64,000 bases of DNA from Alphaproteobacteria bacterium UBA830 (GTDB taxonomy: Bacteria; Pseudomonadota; Alphaproteobacteria; MPNO01; UBA830), in NCBI GenBank assembly GCA_905181725.1, contig CAJIYX010000052.1:12139-76138 (forward strand), given 5' to 3'. Below, piece after piece: positions 31,616 to 42,645 of the stretch; the first letter of the stretch is position 1; every line of letters begins with the position of its first letter. Made by a program: the position numbers and the translations under genes. Under the pieces are notes generated by a model. It searched no databases, was not told the DNA's origin, and saw only the letters and a list, made by a program, of their open reading frames with translations.

Positions 31616-32112
31616 GATATCTCGTGATTGCCCTGATAGCGGCCTTTGCCGTTTCCACGGTGCCTGCATCCGCCAAACAGATAGCGGCCTTCAAAGGCTG
31701 GTCCGCGCATTCCGAAGGCAAGGGCAAGACGCGTATCTGCTGGATCTACAGCGAACCGGTCAAGGATGAAGGCAATTACAAGAAAAGAGGCCGCATCTAT
31801 CTGCTGGTCACGCATCGTCCCGGCGAGAAGACTTTTAATCAGGTCCAGTTCACGGCCGGCTATACCTACAAAAAAGACAACGCTGTTCAGGTTGCCATCG
31901 GCGCAAAAAAGTTTGATCTGTTTACCAATGGCGACACGGCCTGGGCGCGGAGCACAAAGGATGACCGGAACCTCGCCACCGCGATGCGCGGTGGTGCCCG
32001 GATGGTCGTCACTGGGCAATCTTCCCGCGGCACGAAGACCAAGGATACGTATTCTCTGTCGGGCATATCCGCCGCGCATAAGGCCATCGGCAAGGCCTGC
32101 GGCGTTAAATAG
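31612..32112 (+). CDS. invasion-associated locus B (IalB) family protein
   Basis: 166 aa with signal peptide; IalB-like pattern. Confidence 0.6.
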   Translation: MRYLVIALIAAFAVSTVPASAKQIAAFKGWSAHSEGKGKTRICWIYSEPVKDEGNYKKRGRIYLLVTHRPGEKTFNQVQFTAGYTYKKDNAVQVAIGAKKFDLFTNGDTAWARSTKDDRNLATAMRGGARMVVTGQSSRGTKTKDTYSLSGISAAHKAIGKACGVK

Positions 32113-32149
32113 TGGCGGCTGGTTACGCCTAAAATAAATTTCCTTTAGA

Positions 32150-33364
32150 GTGCGCCCGATGGAAATGACAGTTCCTCATATGAAGCGCAATGTGACGCTG
32201 CTGGCTTTGTGCCAGGGGTATGCGCAGACTTCGGTTACCGTGGTCATCAGCGTCTCCGCGCTGGCGGCGCTCACCATCATTGAAGACAAATCCCTGGCGA
32301 CCCTGCCGCATGCGTTTATGTGGATGGCGACGGCGCTCGCGGCGACGCCCGCGTCGATGCTAATGCGGAAGTATGGCCGGCGCGCCGGTTTCAGCATAGG
32401 GGCCATATTCGGCTACGCGGGATGTCTTTTATGCGCGCTGGGGCTCGATTTTGGCAATTTCTGGGTCTTTATCGCGGGAACGTCCTGTATGGGGGCGTTC
32501 AACGCTTTTAATCAGTATCTCCGCTTTGCGGCGGCTGAAACGGCGACGGATTCGTTCCGCCCGAAGGCGATTTCCTTCGTAATCGGCGGCGGTATCATCG
32601 CCGCCTTTGTGGGGGGTACGCTCGCGGGCAAGACCGGCATGCTGCTGACGCCGCAATTTCTGGCGACCTATCTAGTCCTGGCGGTGACGCCGATTCTGTT
32701 TGCGATCACGATCCAGTTCGTTCGGATGCCTGAGCCGGATGCACCTGTTCGAAAGTCCGGCGAAAAACAATCCACCGGCCGCCCGCTGTTGGAGATTATG
32801 AAGCAACCGGCATTCATCGTAGCCGCCACCGGCACGTCGGTCGCCTGGGCAGGGATGATCCTCATGATGGCAGCGACGCCCCTGTCGATGCATCATTCAG
32901 GCTTGGTGAGCGACGTTCCCTTCGTGATCCAGTGGCACATGTTTGCCATGTTCGCGCCGTCTTTTATTGCCGGTTCGCTGATTATCAGATACGGGTATCA
33001 GAAAGTTGTGATGCTGGGGTTTGTTCTGTTTTTCGGCGGGATCACCGCCGGGTTGATGGGCGTCTCGGTTAGTCACTATTTCATCACCAACGTGCTCATC
33101 GGGGCGGGCTGGAATTTTATGCTGATCGGGTCCACGGCGCTTCTCGTCACCTGTCATACCGAAGCGGAAAAGGGAAAGGTGCAGGGTGCGAATGACACGA
33201 TCGCCTATATCCTGTCGGCGATTTCGTCCTTCTTCGCAGGTTACCTGCAGATCGAGTTCGGTTGGAACGCCGTCATGATCGCGATCATTCCCCAGGTACT
33301 AATCGTTGGGCTTGCAGTTTGGTGGATGAGCTTCGCCCGGGGCGGCACGGTCGCTGCGGAATAA
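32150..33364 (+). CDS. MFS transporter
   Basis: 404 aa, 12 TM. Confidence 0.8.
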   Translation: MRPMEMTVPHMKRNVTLLALCQGYAQTSVTVVISVSALAALTIIEDKSLATLPHAFMWMATALAATPASMLMRKYGRRAGFSIGAIFGYAGCLLCALGLDFGNFWVFIAGTSCMGAFNAFNQYLRFAAAETATDSFRPKAISFVIGGGIIAAFVGGTLAGKTGMLLTPQFLATYLVLAVTPILFAITIQFVRMPEPDAPVRKSGEKQSTGRPLLEIMKQPAFIVAATGTSVAWAGMILMMAATPLSMHHSGLVSDVPFVIQWHMFAMFAPSFIAGSLIIRYGYQKVVMLGFVLFFGGITAGLMGVSVSHYFITNVLIGAGWNFMLIGSTALLVTCHTEAEKGKVQGANDTIAYILSAISSFFAGYLQIEFGWNAVMIAIIPQVLIVGLAVWWMSFARGGTVAAE

Positions 33365-33380
33365 GTGCTTCGGCCCGGGT

Positions 33381-34247
33381 TCAGTGGCCACCTTCGCGTT
33401 TTGCCAATTGCCAGGTGCCGATAAAGATCACAGCGGCGCCGATTATCGTCCAGACACCTGGAACCTCCGCAAAAAAGATATAGGCAGCCACTGCCGTCAG
33501 CGGCAGGCGGATAAATTCCATCGGGATGATCACGCTGGCATCTGCCCGTTTCATGGCCTGGGCAAGACACATATGTGCCGTCCACGCCGTCACGCCCATT
33601 ACCAGGATCAGCGGAATATCGCTGGCCGGCGGGGTGTGCCAGTTCATTGCGGTCGGGATCGCCGAAAACACGATCAGGTAGATATTGAGGTTCACCACAA
33701 TCAGGCGCACGGGTTCGGTACGTGACAGCAGCTTTGTGCTAATATCGCCGCTCGCATATCCTGCCGCGGACAGGAAGACCACCAGCGCCATGATGTTGAT
33801 GGCCTCGGCGCCGGGGCGCAGGATGATCAGGACGCCGACGAAACCGATTACGACCGCCATCCATCGGGGCTGGGTGATCTGCTCGCGCAGGATCACGGCG
33901 GACAGGATCAGGCCGAAAATCGGCAGTGTGAAATGCAGGGCCACGGCTTCGGCAAGCGGTAGTTCGGCGATGGCAAAAAACCATGCGGAGACGCCGATAA
34001 ATGTGCCGAGAGCACGCGCTCCATATAGCCTGCCAAGGGCGTTTGGCCTGAAGGTATGAACTGTTTCACGCCAGACGCGGAGTACCATCGGAAGGCCGAT
34101 TGCCAGGCTGATGACACTGCGCAGGAATACCTGTTCGAAAGGGGGGATGGTGTCCGACAGATATCGGACGGCGATAATCATCGCCGAAAAGCTCGCCGTG
34201 CTCGCCGTCATCCATAACAGACCCTGCATAACGGGCGTCAGGTTCAT
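33381..34247 (-). CDS. EamA/DMT family transporter
   Basis: 288 aa. Confidence 0.8.
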   Translation of the reverse strand: MNLTPVMQGLLWMTASTASFSAMIIAVRYLSDTIPPFEQVFLRSVISLAIGLPMVLRVWRETVHTFRPNALGRLYGARALGTFIGVSAWFFAIAELPLAEAVALHFTLPIFGLILSAVILREQITQPRWMAVVIGFVGVLIILRPGAEAINIMALVVFLSAAGYASGDISTKLLSRTEPVRLIVVNLNIYLIVFSAIPTAMNWHTPPASDIPLILVMGVTAWTAHMCLAQAMKRADASVIIPMEFIRLPLTAVAAYIFFAEVPGVWTIIGAAVIFIGTWQLAKREGGH

Positions 34248-34326
34248 GTTTGGGCCTTCTGATGAACGATAGAGCCAACTGCAAGACTATGGTTGATCGC
34301 GTGATGGGTGCGCCTATATTGCCGCC

Positions 34327-35433
34327 ATGTCAATATTCGCAGAACCCAAGATAATCGCCTCCGCTACCGGGAAGATAGACCTCGTTGGATTGTCGCGCGC
34401 CGATATGGCCACGGAATTCGATCGACTTGGTTTACCCGCTTTCCGCGTAAAACAGGTCTGGCACTGGATCTACCATCATGGCGTCCGTGATTTCACCGAA
34501 ATGACGACTATCGCCAAGGGGATGCAGAGCGAGCTTGAGGAGCTGTTCGATATCTCACGCCCCGGAATCGCGACCGAACAGACCTCCACCGACGGGACGC
34601 GGAAATGGCTGATGTCGTTTGCGGACGGAAAGATGGCGGAGGCCGTCCATATCCCGGAATCAGACCGGGGCGCCGTCTGTGTCTCGTCTCAGGTCGGTTG
34701 CACACTCAACTGCAGGTTCTGTCACACCGGCACGCAGGTCATGGTCCGCAACCTGACCGCGGCGGAAATCGTCGGCCAGTTCATGCTGGCGCGCGATTCC
34801 TATGGCGAATGGCCGTCTTCGAAAGAACCCCGCCAATTAACGAATATCGTGATGATGGGTATGGGAGAGCCGCTTTATAACTATAACAATGTGGTCAAGG
34901 CGCTGCGCATCGTCATGGACGAAGAAGGCATTAACGTCTCGCGTCGCCGGATTACGCTGTCGACCGCAGGCGTGGTGCCGATGATTCCGCAGATTGGTAC
35001 CGATCTCGGCGTGCAGCTTGCGATCTCGCTGCATGCGGTGAACGACGATCTGCGCGATGAAATCGTACCGATAAACAAGAAATACCCGATCGCAGACCTG
35101 CTGGATGCCTGCCGGACCTACCCGGAAGCGCGCAATTCGCGGCGGATCACGTTCGAATACGTCATGCTCAAGGGGATGAACGATAGCCCGGCGGATGCAC
35201 GCGAACTGGTCCGTCTGATCAGCGGAATTCCCGCCAAGATCAACCTGATCCCGTTCAACCCGTGGCCCGGCGCGCCGTATGAATGCTCAACCGATGAAGA
35301 CATCGAGGCGTTTGCCGAGATTATCAACCGGGCAGGGTATTCCTCGCCGGTCCGTAAACCGCGCGGCCGCGACATCTTCGCCGCCTGCGGCCAGTTGAAA
35401 ACCGAAAGCCTGCGCGAGCGGAAATCCGCCTGA
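34327..35433 (+). CDS. rlmN: 23S rRNA (adenine2503-C2)-methyltransferase, radical SAM
   Basis: 368 aa, [11 protein letters not shown] radical-SAM motif. Confidence 0.9.
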   Translation: MSIFAEPKIIASATGKIDLVGLSRADMATEFDRLGLPAFRVKQVWHWIYHHGVRDFTEMTTIAKGMQSELEELFDISRPGIATEQTSTDGTRKWLMSFADGKMAEAVHIPESDRGAVCVSSQVGCTLNCRFCHTGTQVMVRNLTAAEIVGQFMLARDSYGEWPSSKEPRQLTNIVMMGMGEPLYNYNNVVKALRIVMDEEGINVSRRRITLSTAGVVPMIPQIGTDLGVQLAISLHAVNDDLRDEIVPINKKYPIADLLDACRTYPEARNSRRITFEYVMLKGMNDSPADARELVRLISGIPAKINLIPFNPWPGAPYECSTDEDIEAFAEIINRAGYSSPVRKPRGRDIFAACGQLKTESLRERKSA

Positions 35434-35482
35434 GGGCACCGCCCGCGTCCGCCATTAAATAAAAACCGTGGAAGGGGCTATT

Positions 35483-35944
35483 ATGGAATGGAAACAACTG
35501 ACGCCTGAAGAGGCAGCGCAGCAGAAATATTACGGTCTAGGCGGCTGGTTGCTTTTCTTCTATGTGCTTGCCGTCATCGCTTTCGTCGGCTCCTTCGCAA
35601 ACCTGATGAACCACGAAGCGATGAAGCTCGTCTAAGGCGACAGCTATGTTGTGATGCTGGCCTTTGGCGTATTGGGCGCGCTTCTGATCCTGCCGTTTAT
35701 CATCATGGCGTCGCAGAAGAATCCAATGATGCCAAGCGCGACGATTTGGGCCTACAGCTTACAACTTGTCCTGCTCGCGATCAGCGCTTTTGTCGCAGGC
35801 CCGACCATCGTGCTGCCCCAGCTCATTGCTGGTGTCATCTACGTGCTGCTGTTTTGCTGGTTTTTGAAGCGGTCGAAACGGGTGAATGTCACCTATCTGC
35901 ACCGTGTGCGCGCAGAAGCCGCGGATGCCTCGGCGAAAGCCTGA
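35483..35944 (+). pseudogene. DUF2569-like small membrane protein, possibly split by in-frame TAA at 35630-35632 (alternatively two small ORFs)
   Basis: MEWKQLTPEEAAQQKYYGLGGWLLFFYVLAVIAFVGSFANLMNHEAMKLV, TAA, then GDSYVVMLAFGVLGALLILPFII... in the same frame. Confidence 0.35.
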
Positions 35945-36032
35945 AATCGCCCTTTTCCTGTGGTTTCCAGACCCGCTTGCCGCACCGTCGGTAATCCCTA
36001 TACTCCGCCGCGATTAAACAAAAGGGTATCAC

Positions 36033-37253
36033 ATGGCCGGACCACGACCCGGAGAGGTCAACAAGATCGTGCTCGCCTATTCGGGCGGGCTGGATACGTC
36101 TGTCATCCTCAAATGGCTGCAGGAAACCTATGATTGTGAGGTGGTGACATTCACCGCCGATCTCGGTCAGGGAGAAGAGGTCGAGCCGGCGCGGGCCAAA
36201 GCCGAAGCCGCCGGGGTGAAGGAAATCTTCATCGACGACCTGCGCGAGGAATTCGTCCGAGATTTCGTCTTTCCGGTGTTCCGCGCCAATGCCCTGTATG
36301 AAGGCGTTTACCTGCTCGGCACCTCGATCGCCCGGCCGCTGATTTCCAAGCGCCAGATCGAAATCGCCCGCCAGGTTGGTGCCGATGCCGTCAGCCACGG
36401 GGCAACCGGCAAGGGCAATGACCAGATCCGGTTCGAGCTTGGCTATTACGCGCTGGAGCCCGATATCAAGGTGATCGCGCCGTGGCGTGAATGGGATCTT
36501 GATTCCCGCACCAAACTGATGGAATACGCCCGGGAGCACCAGATCCCGATCGCGCGCGACAAGATCGACGAGCCGCCTTATTCGACCGACGCCAACCTAC
36601 TGCACATTTCCTATGAAGGAAAAGCGTTGGAAGACCCGTGGGTCGAGGCGGACGAGGCGATGTATACGCGTTCTGTCTCGCCCGAGATGGCGCCCGATAC
36701 GCCGACCTATGTCGAGATTGATTTCGATCGGGGTGACGCCGTGGCCGTCGACGGTCAGGAAATGTCACCCGCAACGCTGCTGACCAAGCTGAACGAGCTT
36801 GGTGGCGCCAACGGCATCGGCCGGATCGACATCGTCGAGAACCGCTATGTCGGCATGAAGTCCCGCGGCGTGTACGAGACGCCGGGTGGCACGATCCTGA
36901 TCGCGGCCCATCGCGGCATCGAATCCCTCACCCTCGACCGGGGGGCTGCGCATCTGAAGGACGAGCTCATGCCGCGCTACGCGGAGTTGGTCTATAACGG
37001 TTTCTGGTTCGCGCCCGAGCGCGAGATGCTCCAGGCCGCCGTCGATGAGAGCCAGAAATACGTCAACGGTACTGTCCGTCTGAAACTGTTCAAGGGGTCG
37101 GTCACCGTGGTTGGGCGCAAATCACCGGTCAGTCTGTATTCCGAACAGCACGTCACCTTCGAGGCGGATACCGTTTATGACCAGCGCGACGCTGAAGGAT
37201 TCATCAAGCTGAACGCCCTGCGTCTTCGCCTGATGAACGCCCGCAAGGGATGA
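36033..37253 (+). CDS. argG: argininosuccinate synthase
   Basis: 406 aa, [11 protein letters not shown]-loop. Unmistakable ArgG. Confidence 0.95.
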   Translation: MAGPRPGEVNKIVLAYSGGLDTSVILKWLQETYDCEVVTFTADLGQGEEVEPARAKAEAAGVKEIFIDDLREEFVRDFVFPVFRANALYEGVYLLGTSIARPLISKRQIEIARQVGADAVSHGATGKGNDQIRFELGYYALEPDIKVIAPWREWDLDSRTKLMEYAREHQIPIARDKIDEPPYSTDANLLHISYEGKALEDPWVEADEAMYTRSVSPEMAPDTPTYVEIDFDRGDAVAVDGQEMSPATLLTKLNELGGANGIGRIDIVENRYVGMKSRGVYETPGGTILIAAHRGIESLTLDRGAAHLKDELMPRYAELVYNGFWFAPEREMLQAAVDESQKYVNGTVRLKLFKGSVTVVGRKSPVSLYSEQHVTFEADTVYDQRDAEGFIKLNALRLRLMNARKG

Positions 37254-38137
37254 CGGTGGGGGGCTCTGCCCCACCGTCCCAGTTTCTCCGCAGCGCTTTC
37301 TGGGCGATTCTGGCAGCTGTCAGTTTCGCCTTCATGATGACAAGCGTGCGCTATATGGACGGCAAGTTTGATGCTTTCCAGATTGTGCTGGTTCGTGCGC
37401 TGGTCGGGATTCTGCTGGTGGGCCCGCTGGTCTCCAGATCCGGCATCGGCGCGCTCAGGACAAACCGGTTACCGATGCATTTCGTGCGCACGCTGTTCGC
37501 GCTGTTCGCCATGGCGACCCTGTATTATGCGCTCGCCTATATTCCGGTGGCGCAGGCGATCGCGCTGACGTTCCTCATTCCCCTGTTTACGACGATCGCC
37601 GCAGGCCTGGTGCTGCGGGAATCCGTTGGTATTCATCGCTGGGGCGCGACCCTGGTCGGGTTTGCCGGGGCCATGGTGATCATCCGGCCGGGCGTGATCG
37701 AAATCGAATTGCCCGTGATGCTCGTGGTCCTGTCATCCGCGCTGTATGCCGGGGCATGGTCCAGCGTCAAAATCTTGACCCGCACAGATTCTCCCGCCGT
37801 TACCGTGTTCTGGCTGAACGTGCTGATGGTGCCGCTGACGGCGATCCCGTCAGCGTTTCTGTGGGTAACGCCGGACTGGTCTGATGCCCTCCCATTGATG
37901 GCAATGGCGCTGTCGGGCTGGTCCGCCCATTTCTGTCAGGCGCGTGCGTTCGAACATTCCGACGCCAGTGCAGTGATGCCGTTCGATTTTTTGCGCTTGC
38001 CGCTGGGCGCCCTGTTCGGCTACGTATTGCTGGACGAATTCATCGATGTGTGGACCTGGACCGGCGCCGTCATCATCTTTGTCGCCGGTTATTACATCAC
38101 CCGGCGTGAAGCGCTGCGGAGTGCGAAGCCCTTATAG
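37250..38137 (+). CDS. EamA/DMT family transporter
   Basis: 295 aa. Confidence 0.8.
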   Translation: MTVGGSAPPSQFLRSAFWAILAAVSFAFMMTSVRYMDGKFDAFQIVLVRALVGILLVGPLVSRSGIGALRTNRLPMHFVRTLFALFAMATLYYALAYIPVAQAIALTFLIPLFTTIAAGLVLRESVGIHRWGATLVGFAGAMVIIRPGVIEIELPVMLVVLSSALYAGAWSSVKILTRTDSPAVTVFWLNVLMVPLTAIPSAFLWVTPDWSDALPLMAMALSGWSAHFCQARAFEHSDASAVMPFDFLRLPLGALFGYVLLDEFIDVWTWTGAVIIFVAGYYITRREALRSAKPL

Positions 38138-38327
38138 CGTCGGCAGAATGGGGAGAGCCTATTCGCGGGTTCTGATCTGCCTAGACCGGGAAAAGGTTCA
38201 TCCCGAAGATGTTTTCGTGCACATACAGCAAGGCGAGGTAAAGCACCGTGGCGAGAACGACCCGCCACCAGCCGACATCGCGCATCACCAGTGACCGACG
38301 GTCTTGGAGTATCGCCTTGAACGGTGT

Positions 38328-38874
38328 TCAGCAGGTGCCGTCCTCGAAGGCCCGCCAGGCCTCATCAGCATTGGCGCGCCGGAGGGCGTCGATATGGACC
38401 ATGCCGAATGTCGAGAGCAACCAGAAACCGCCGAAAAACAGGATGGCGTCGATGTCGCCGCCGACAAACAGATGCGTGTCGGCCCAAAGTGCGAAGGCGG
38501 CCAGCATCGGATGGCGGACGATTGCGTAGATGCCTTTGCCGGGCGCTACCTCATGTGCAGCGCATCCATGCCGATCAGTTTCGGGTTCGGGTCGTGACGC
38601 TGCACAGAAAAAAGAAAATCGCGAAATACATCACAATCAGAATGACGTGCGGTCCGAACAGCCCGACATCGCAGACCCGCTGATACGAGGCTGCGTTATA
38701 GGCGCCGATCATCCAGACGAGCGCCGCGATCATCAGGACCGAATAAATCGCCCGGAAAGGTCCTTCGCCGATCACACCGGCAATGGAACTGCGGATCGCT
38801 CCCGATGACAGGATAAAATGTCCACCGGTAAAGGCGAGCGCAGAGAGCAGTAGGGGCAGGAAAGCAGCGCACAT
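38328..38874 (-). pseudogene. NnrU family membrane protein with frameshift in an A6/T6 homopolymer (~38605-38610)
   Basis: N-part MCAAFLPLLLSALAFTGGHFILSS... ends at 38575. An adjacent frame continues ...HEVAPGKGIYAIVRHPMLAAFALWADTHLFVGG... (NnrU C-terminal motifs) to TGA at 38328. Deleting one T of the T6 run restores a single ORF. Confidence 0.5.
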
Positions 38875-38924
38875 TGGTTATATTATGCTCGTTTCTTCGG
38901 TGACTGCCCGACCATAGCGCGTTC

Positions 38925-39827
38925 TCAGATGTCCGGAACGTCGATATCGTTCTGCTGGCAGGCGGCGATCAGGGTGTTGCGCAGCAGGCAGGCAATGGTC
39001 ATTGGCCCGACACCGCCCGGCACCGGTGTGATTGCCCCTGCTATGTCGATCGCTTCATCAAAGGCGACATCGCCGACGAGGCGCGTCTTTCCTTCCTCGG
39101 CGGCAGGCACACGGTTGATGCCGACGTCGATGACCGTCGCGCCCGGCTTAATCCAGTCGCCTTTGATCATCTGAGGGCGCCCGACGGCGGCAACCAGAAT
39201 ATCGGCGCTCTGGCAGATTGCGGGCAGATCTGCGGTGCGTGAATGGGCAATGGTCACCGTGCAGTTGGCCGATAGCAGAAGCTGCGCCATTGGCTTTCCG
39301 ACAATATTGGACCGGCCGACAATCACGGCGTTCAGGCCCGTCAGATCGCCAAGCCGGTCTTCGAGCATCATCAGGCAGCCAAGCGGTGTACACGGCACCA
39401 TCCCGCCGCGCCTGGTGGCGAGCAGCCCCACATTACGCAGGTGAAAACCGTCCACGTCCTTTGCGGGGTTGATGGCGTCGATGACGGCGTGCGGATCGAT
39501 CTGATCGGGCAGGGGAAGCTGCACGAGAATGCCATGAACGGCCGGGTCGGTATTCAGCTTGTCGATTTCGGCCAGCAGGTCTTTTCCCGACGTGTCTACG
39601 GGGAGTGTCTCGCCCAGTGAATTCATGCCCGCGTCGACCGTCTGCTTGTTTTTGTTTCGCACGTAGACCTGGCTGGCCAAATCTTTTCCCACCAGTACCG
39701 CGGCAAGACCCGGCACGATCCCGTGATCAGTTTTGAGCCTGGCAGTTTCCGTGGTCACGCGTGCGCGGAGCTTGGCGGCGAAGCCTTTGCCGTCAATTAT
39801 TTTTGCCCCGATTTTTGTCTCAGTCAT
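38925..39827 (-). CDS. folD: bifunctional methylenetetrahydrofolate dehydrogenase/methenyl-THF cyclohydrolase
   Basis: 300 aa, clear FolD. Confidence 0.9.
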   Translation of the reverse strand: MTETKIGAKIIDGKGFAAKLRARVTTETARLKTDHGIVPGLAAVLVGKDLASQVYVRNKNKQTVDAGMNSLGETLPVDTSGKDLLAEIDKLNTDPAVHGILVQLPLPDQIDPHAVIDAINPAKDVDGFHLRNVGLLATRRGGMVPCTPLGCLMMLEDRLGDLTGLNAVIVGRSNIVGKPMAQLLLSANCTVTIAHSRTADLPAICQSADILVAAVGRPQMIKGDWIKPGATVIDVGINRVPAAEEGKTRLVGDVAFDEAIDIAGAITPVPGGVGPMTIACLLRNTLIAACQQNDIDVPDI

Positions 39828-39969
39828 TCGCCGTGCTATCTCCGGTCTTTCCCGTCGTCAGTATATTGTGGCGTCGGGCTCGACCGGCCCGACTATGAAG
39901 CCCGCGGGATACCCACGCGAACAAACGGATCTCGCCCGGTCGGCTGAAGATAGGCGCCAAAGGCCGCGT

Positions 39970-40248
39970 CTAGCGGGCGAAATCGAAGATCAGGTCGCGG
40001 ATGAACCACAACAGCAGAATCAGCACCACGGGCGACAGATCGAGCCCACCCATATTAGGCAGCAGTCGACGGATGGGGCGCAGTGCCGGTTCGGTCATCT
40101 TGTAGAGAACGTCGACGACCATATAGACGACGCGGTTCGAGGTGTTGATCACGTTGAAATTGATCAGCCAGCTCGCGATTACGGAGAGAAATAGGATCCA
40201 GATGTAAAGAGAGACGACGTTGTCTATCAGGTTCAGGACGGCGGTCAT
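39970..40248 (-). CDS. YggT family membrane protein
   Basis: 92 aa, 2 TM. Confidence 0.7.
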   Translation of the reverse strand: MTAVLNLIDNVVSLYIWILFLSVIASWLINFNVINTSNRVVYMVVDVLYKMTEPALRPIRRLLPNMGGLDLSPVVLILLLWFIRDLIFDFAR

Positions 40249-40446
40249 GGCGGATTCCGTGGTGTTTAAGGCTTCAGGCAGGCCCGAAGCGGTCGCCGGA
40301 GCCTAGCGATACGGCGATTTGGACGCAAGCGGAGACCGCGTCCGCAAATCGCTTCGAAACCCTTTCAGATAGCTTGACAGAGAGGGGTCCCGAAACCATG
40401 ATCCGGCCTGCTCGACCCCCGCGGTTTATCGCCCGCGGTCGACACA

Positions 40447-40485
40447 GTGGGGCCGTAGATCAGCTGGGAGAGCGCAACGTTCGCA
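40447..40485 (+). other. partial (5'-half) tRNA-Ala-like pseudo-copy
   Basis: GGGGCCGTAGATCAGCTGGGAGAGCGCAACGTTCGCAAC matches acceptor/D-arm/anticodon-loop of the downstream tRNA-Ala, then diverges into AT-rich sequence with palindrome CAGAATTCTG. Confidence 0.6.
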
Positions 40486-40634
40486 ACACAGAATTCTGCG
40501 AATAAACTAAATGTTTCCAGTAGGTTATAGGTGACAAAAACACCGTGTGAATGATATGTGTCTTTCACACATTATTTTCTTGGTGAATTAGGTTGAGGTC
40601 GGAGCTATAAAGTCTTATTAAATTTCAAGTATTT

Positions 40635-40710
40635 GGGGGTGTAGCTCAGTTGGGAGAGCGATACGTTCGCAACGTATAGGTCAGCGGTTCGATTCCGCTC
40701 ATCTCCACCA
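40635..40710 (+). tRNA. tRNA-Ala (anticodon CGC)
   Basis: 76 nt cloverleaf: acceptor GGGGGTG/CATCTCC with G3:U70, D-arm GCTC-AGTTGGGA-GAGC, anticodon loop TTCGCAA, T-arm AGCGG-TTCGATT-CCGCT, encoded CCA. Confidence 0.85.
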
Positions 40711-40895
40711 CTTTTTGTCGTCCGAACACCCTGTGAAACTCATATATTTTAGTTTCACAGGGTGTTTCATACCTCTTTTAATATCCTCTGATATTATCAG
40801 TCAAAACGTTCACACCATTCACATGAGACTGAAACCCCATCGATTCGGTGGGGTTTTGTCATGTCCGACACTCTGAGGTCACATGGATGACCTCC

Positions 40896-41129
40896 CTGTT
40901 TGACGTACCCGTTAAGTGAGCAAAGGTCGGTGAGTTTGAGACAAACCTTCGCAAAGAGAGACAGATGGAAGGAATACAGAAGGCGAAGGAAAAGGGTGTT
41001 TATAAAGGACGCAAACCCTCCGTGAATGTGGAGCAGGTCAAGGAACTGCGTGATAGTTGAATGGGTGAGTCAGCAATAGCGCAGGAGATGGGAATAGGCA
41101 GAGCGAGTGTCTATCGGACACTTGGTTAG
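40896..41129 (+). pseudogene. serine recombinase (resolvase/invertase) C-terminal remnant with two in-frame TGA
   Basis: FDVPVK, TGA, then AKVGEFETNLRKERQMEGIQKAKEKGVYKGRKPSVNVEQVKELRDS, TGA, then the HTH MGESAIAQEMGIGRASVYRTLG. No N-terminal catalytic domain. Low-GC context. Confidence 0.55.
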
Positions 41130-41337
41130 GTTCTACTGAGCACCCTTTGTATTTCTTACGGACACATTCACGAGCGAGTTTCTGTGCGGCAGAGAGGTCG
41201 GCAAGTGGTGTCCATTCACGCAGAGCAGTCGCGTAGTCACTACCTTGAGCAGCAGTTAGACCCTTTTGGTAATCAGCAGAAAATACAGAGTTCTCCACCA
41301 AGACGGTGAAGAGTAGGACAGGAAAGATGAGTAATCA
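41038..41337 (-). pseudogene. Sel1-repeat secreted protein fragment (in-frame TGA in the signal peptide, truncated)
   Basis: MN, TGA, then LLIFPVLLFTVLVENSVFSADYQKGLTAAQGSDYATALREWTPLAD... Sel1 motif, then divergence. Confidence 0.35.
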
Positions 41338-41694
41338 GTTCATCTGGGGATGATTGGACGGATGTTCTGGGATGGGCAAGGTGGAATGGGGCGTGGGTGG
41401 TTCTGGGAACCCAGCGCATCGGTCCATCAGGCAAAGGGACGCAAACCCTCTGAGGGTACGCACCCCCTGCTGACCGTCCAGTTACAGGTCGTAAAACGTT
41501 ATTGGATATCGAGTGGCGCTACTTAATTCCCAAGTCCCAGCGAGTTTTGAAACTGTTGCCCGCCTGCCAAGCGCCAAGAGCATCATTGTCTTGGCATGGG
41601 TGAGGGCAAGGAAGAAAGCAGATATCGGTGATCTGCGCCATAGCATCTCGTTTGAAATCGTCGCTAAAATTACCTTTACCCATGACGGCCTCGC

Positions 41695-42090
41695 TTATTG
41701 CCTAACAATAAATTTGTCAGAGAGTAATTTTCGCTTGTCTACGCTGACTTCAACCGACCAACTCCCCTTCAGAGCCTTTACGCTTGCCCATGTTCTCCAA
41801 TGCATTGGACTCTCAACTGGCTGTTTAATACAGGAATATTGAACTTCATTGCGGTCAAAGCAGAAACGGACGTAATGCACAGGCGTAGTGCAACTTAGCT
41901 TAATAAAAGTGAATATGCGTTTGTCGTTCTGCGTAAAGACGGTACGCAAATCTATTGGTACTCTATCTTTAACGGTTCGAGAAATTTGCCAGTTGGTAAC
42001 CAAGCAATCGTTAGCCATGGCTTCTTCGCTTATCAACAAGGTGCCGAGGACTAATCCCACAGCAACTTTACTTAGAAATTTCCAACGCAA
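41695..42090 (-). CDS. DUF2914-like secreted protein (low-GC, probably horizontally acquired)
   Basis: Signal peptide MRWKFLSKVAVGLVLGTLLISEEAMA, then a pattern resembling DUF2914 (...VDRVPIDL...F.F...H.W...W.VEV.D). Confidence 0.4.
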   Translation of the reverse strand: MRWKFLSKVAVGLVLGTLLISEEAMANDCLVTNWQISRTVKDRVPIDLRTVFTQNDKRIFTFIKLSCTTPVHYVRFCFDRNEVQYSCIKQPVESPMHWRTWASVKALKGSWSVEVSVDKRKLLSDKFIVRQ

Positions 42091-42470
42091 TTAATATCGT
42101 CCCCACAAATGAAAGAGTGCCTTGATTTTTTGATGGCCTCCTCCGGAGGCCTGAATTTAAAAATCTATCGACATGCTCGGAGAATTTTTGCATCACAGAA
42201 AGCGGATGTCTAGCCTTGTCTAACGTCAGCATCGGCTTGTCGTCCTGTGGAAGACCTTTTCCGTTAGCGTACATCTCACCCAGATTGGATTGGGCAGCGG
42301 CATACCCCTGTTCGGCAAGGGGTGTCCATTTACGCAGAACGGTTGCGGGGTCACCATCCTCGTATGCAGTAACACCCTTGTGGTAATCAGCACTCCACGA
42401 CACCCCAGCACTTCCAAGAAGTACGGCGATCGTCAGGCAGATGGTGCCGGTCAGTTTTCTCAGGCGGGAA
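42068..42470 (-). pseudogene. Sel1-repeat secreted protein fragment (no ATG; one repeat then truncated)
   Basis: ...LRKLTGTICLTIAVLLGSAGVSWSADYHKGVTAYEDGDPATVLRKWTPLAEQGYAAAQSNLGEMYANGKGLPQDD, then non-Sel1 sequence. Paralogous to 41038-41337. Confidence 0.35.
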
Positions 42471-42645
42471 CTCTGACAGAGTATGTCTGAATAGCCCCTA
42501 GATTAGTAGACGCCTTCGTCCCTAAATTTGATGCCAGGAGGTCATGATGGGCAAAGGTGATTTCAGCGACGATTTCAAGCGAGACGCTGTGGTGCAGATC
42601 GATGATCTGATAACGCTGCCAAGTAGGTTTTCCAACGAACTACCC

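Noticed and set aside
40447-40485. Second complete tRNA gene
   Set aside because: Only the 5' half (acceptor, D-arm, anticodon loop) is present. No complementary anticodon-stem strand or T-arm follows.
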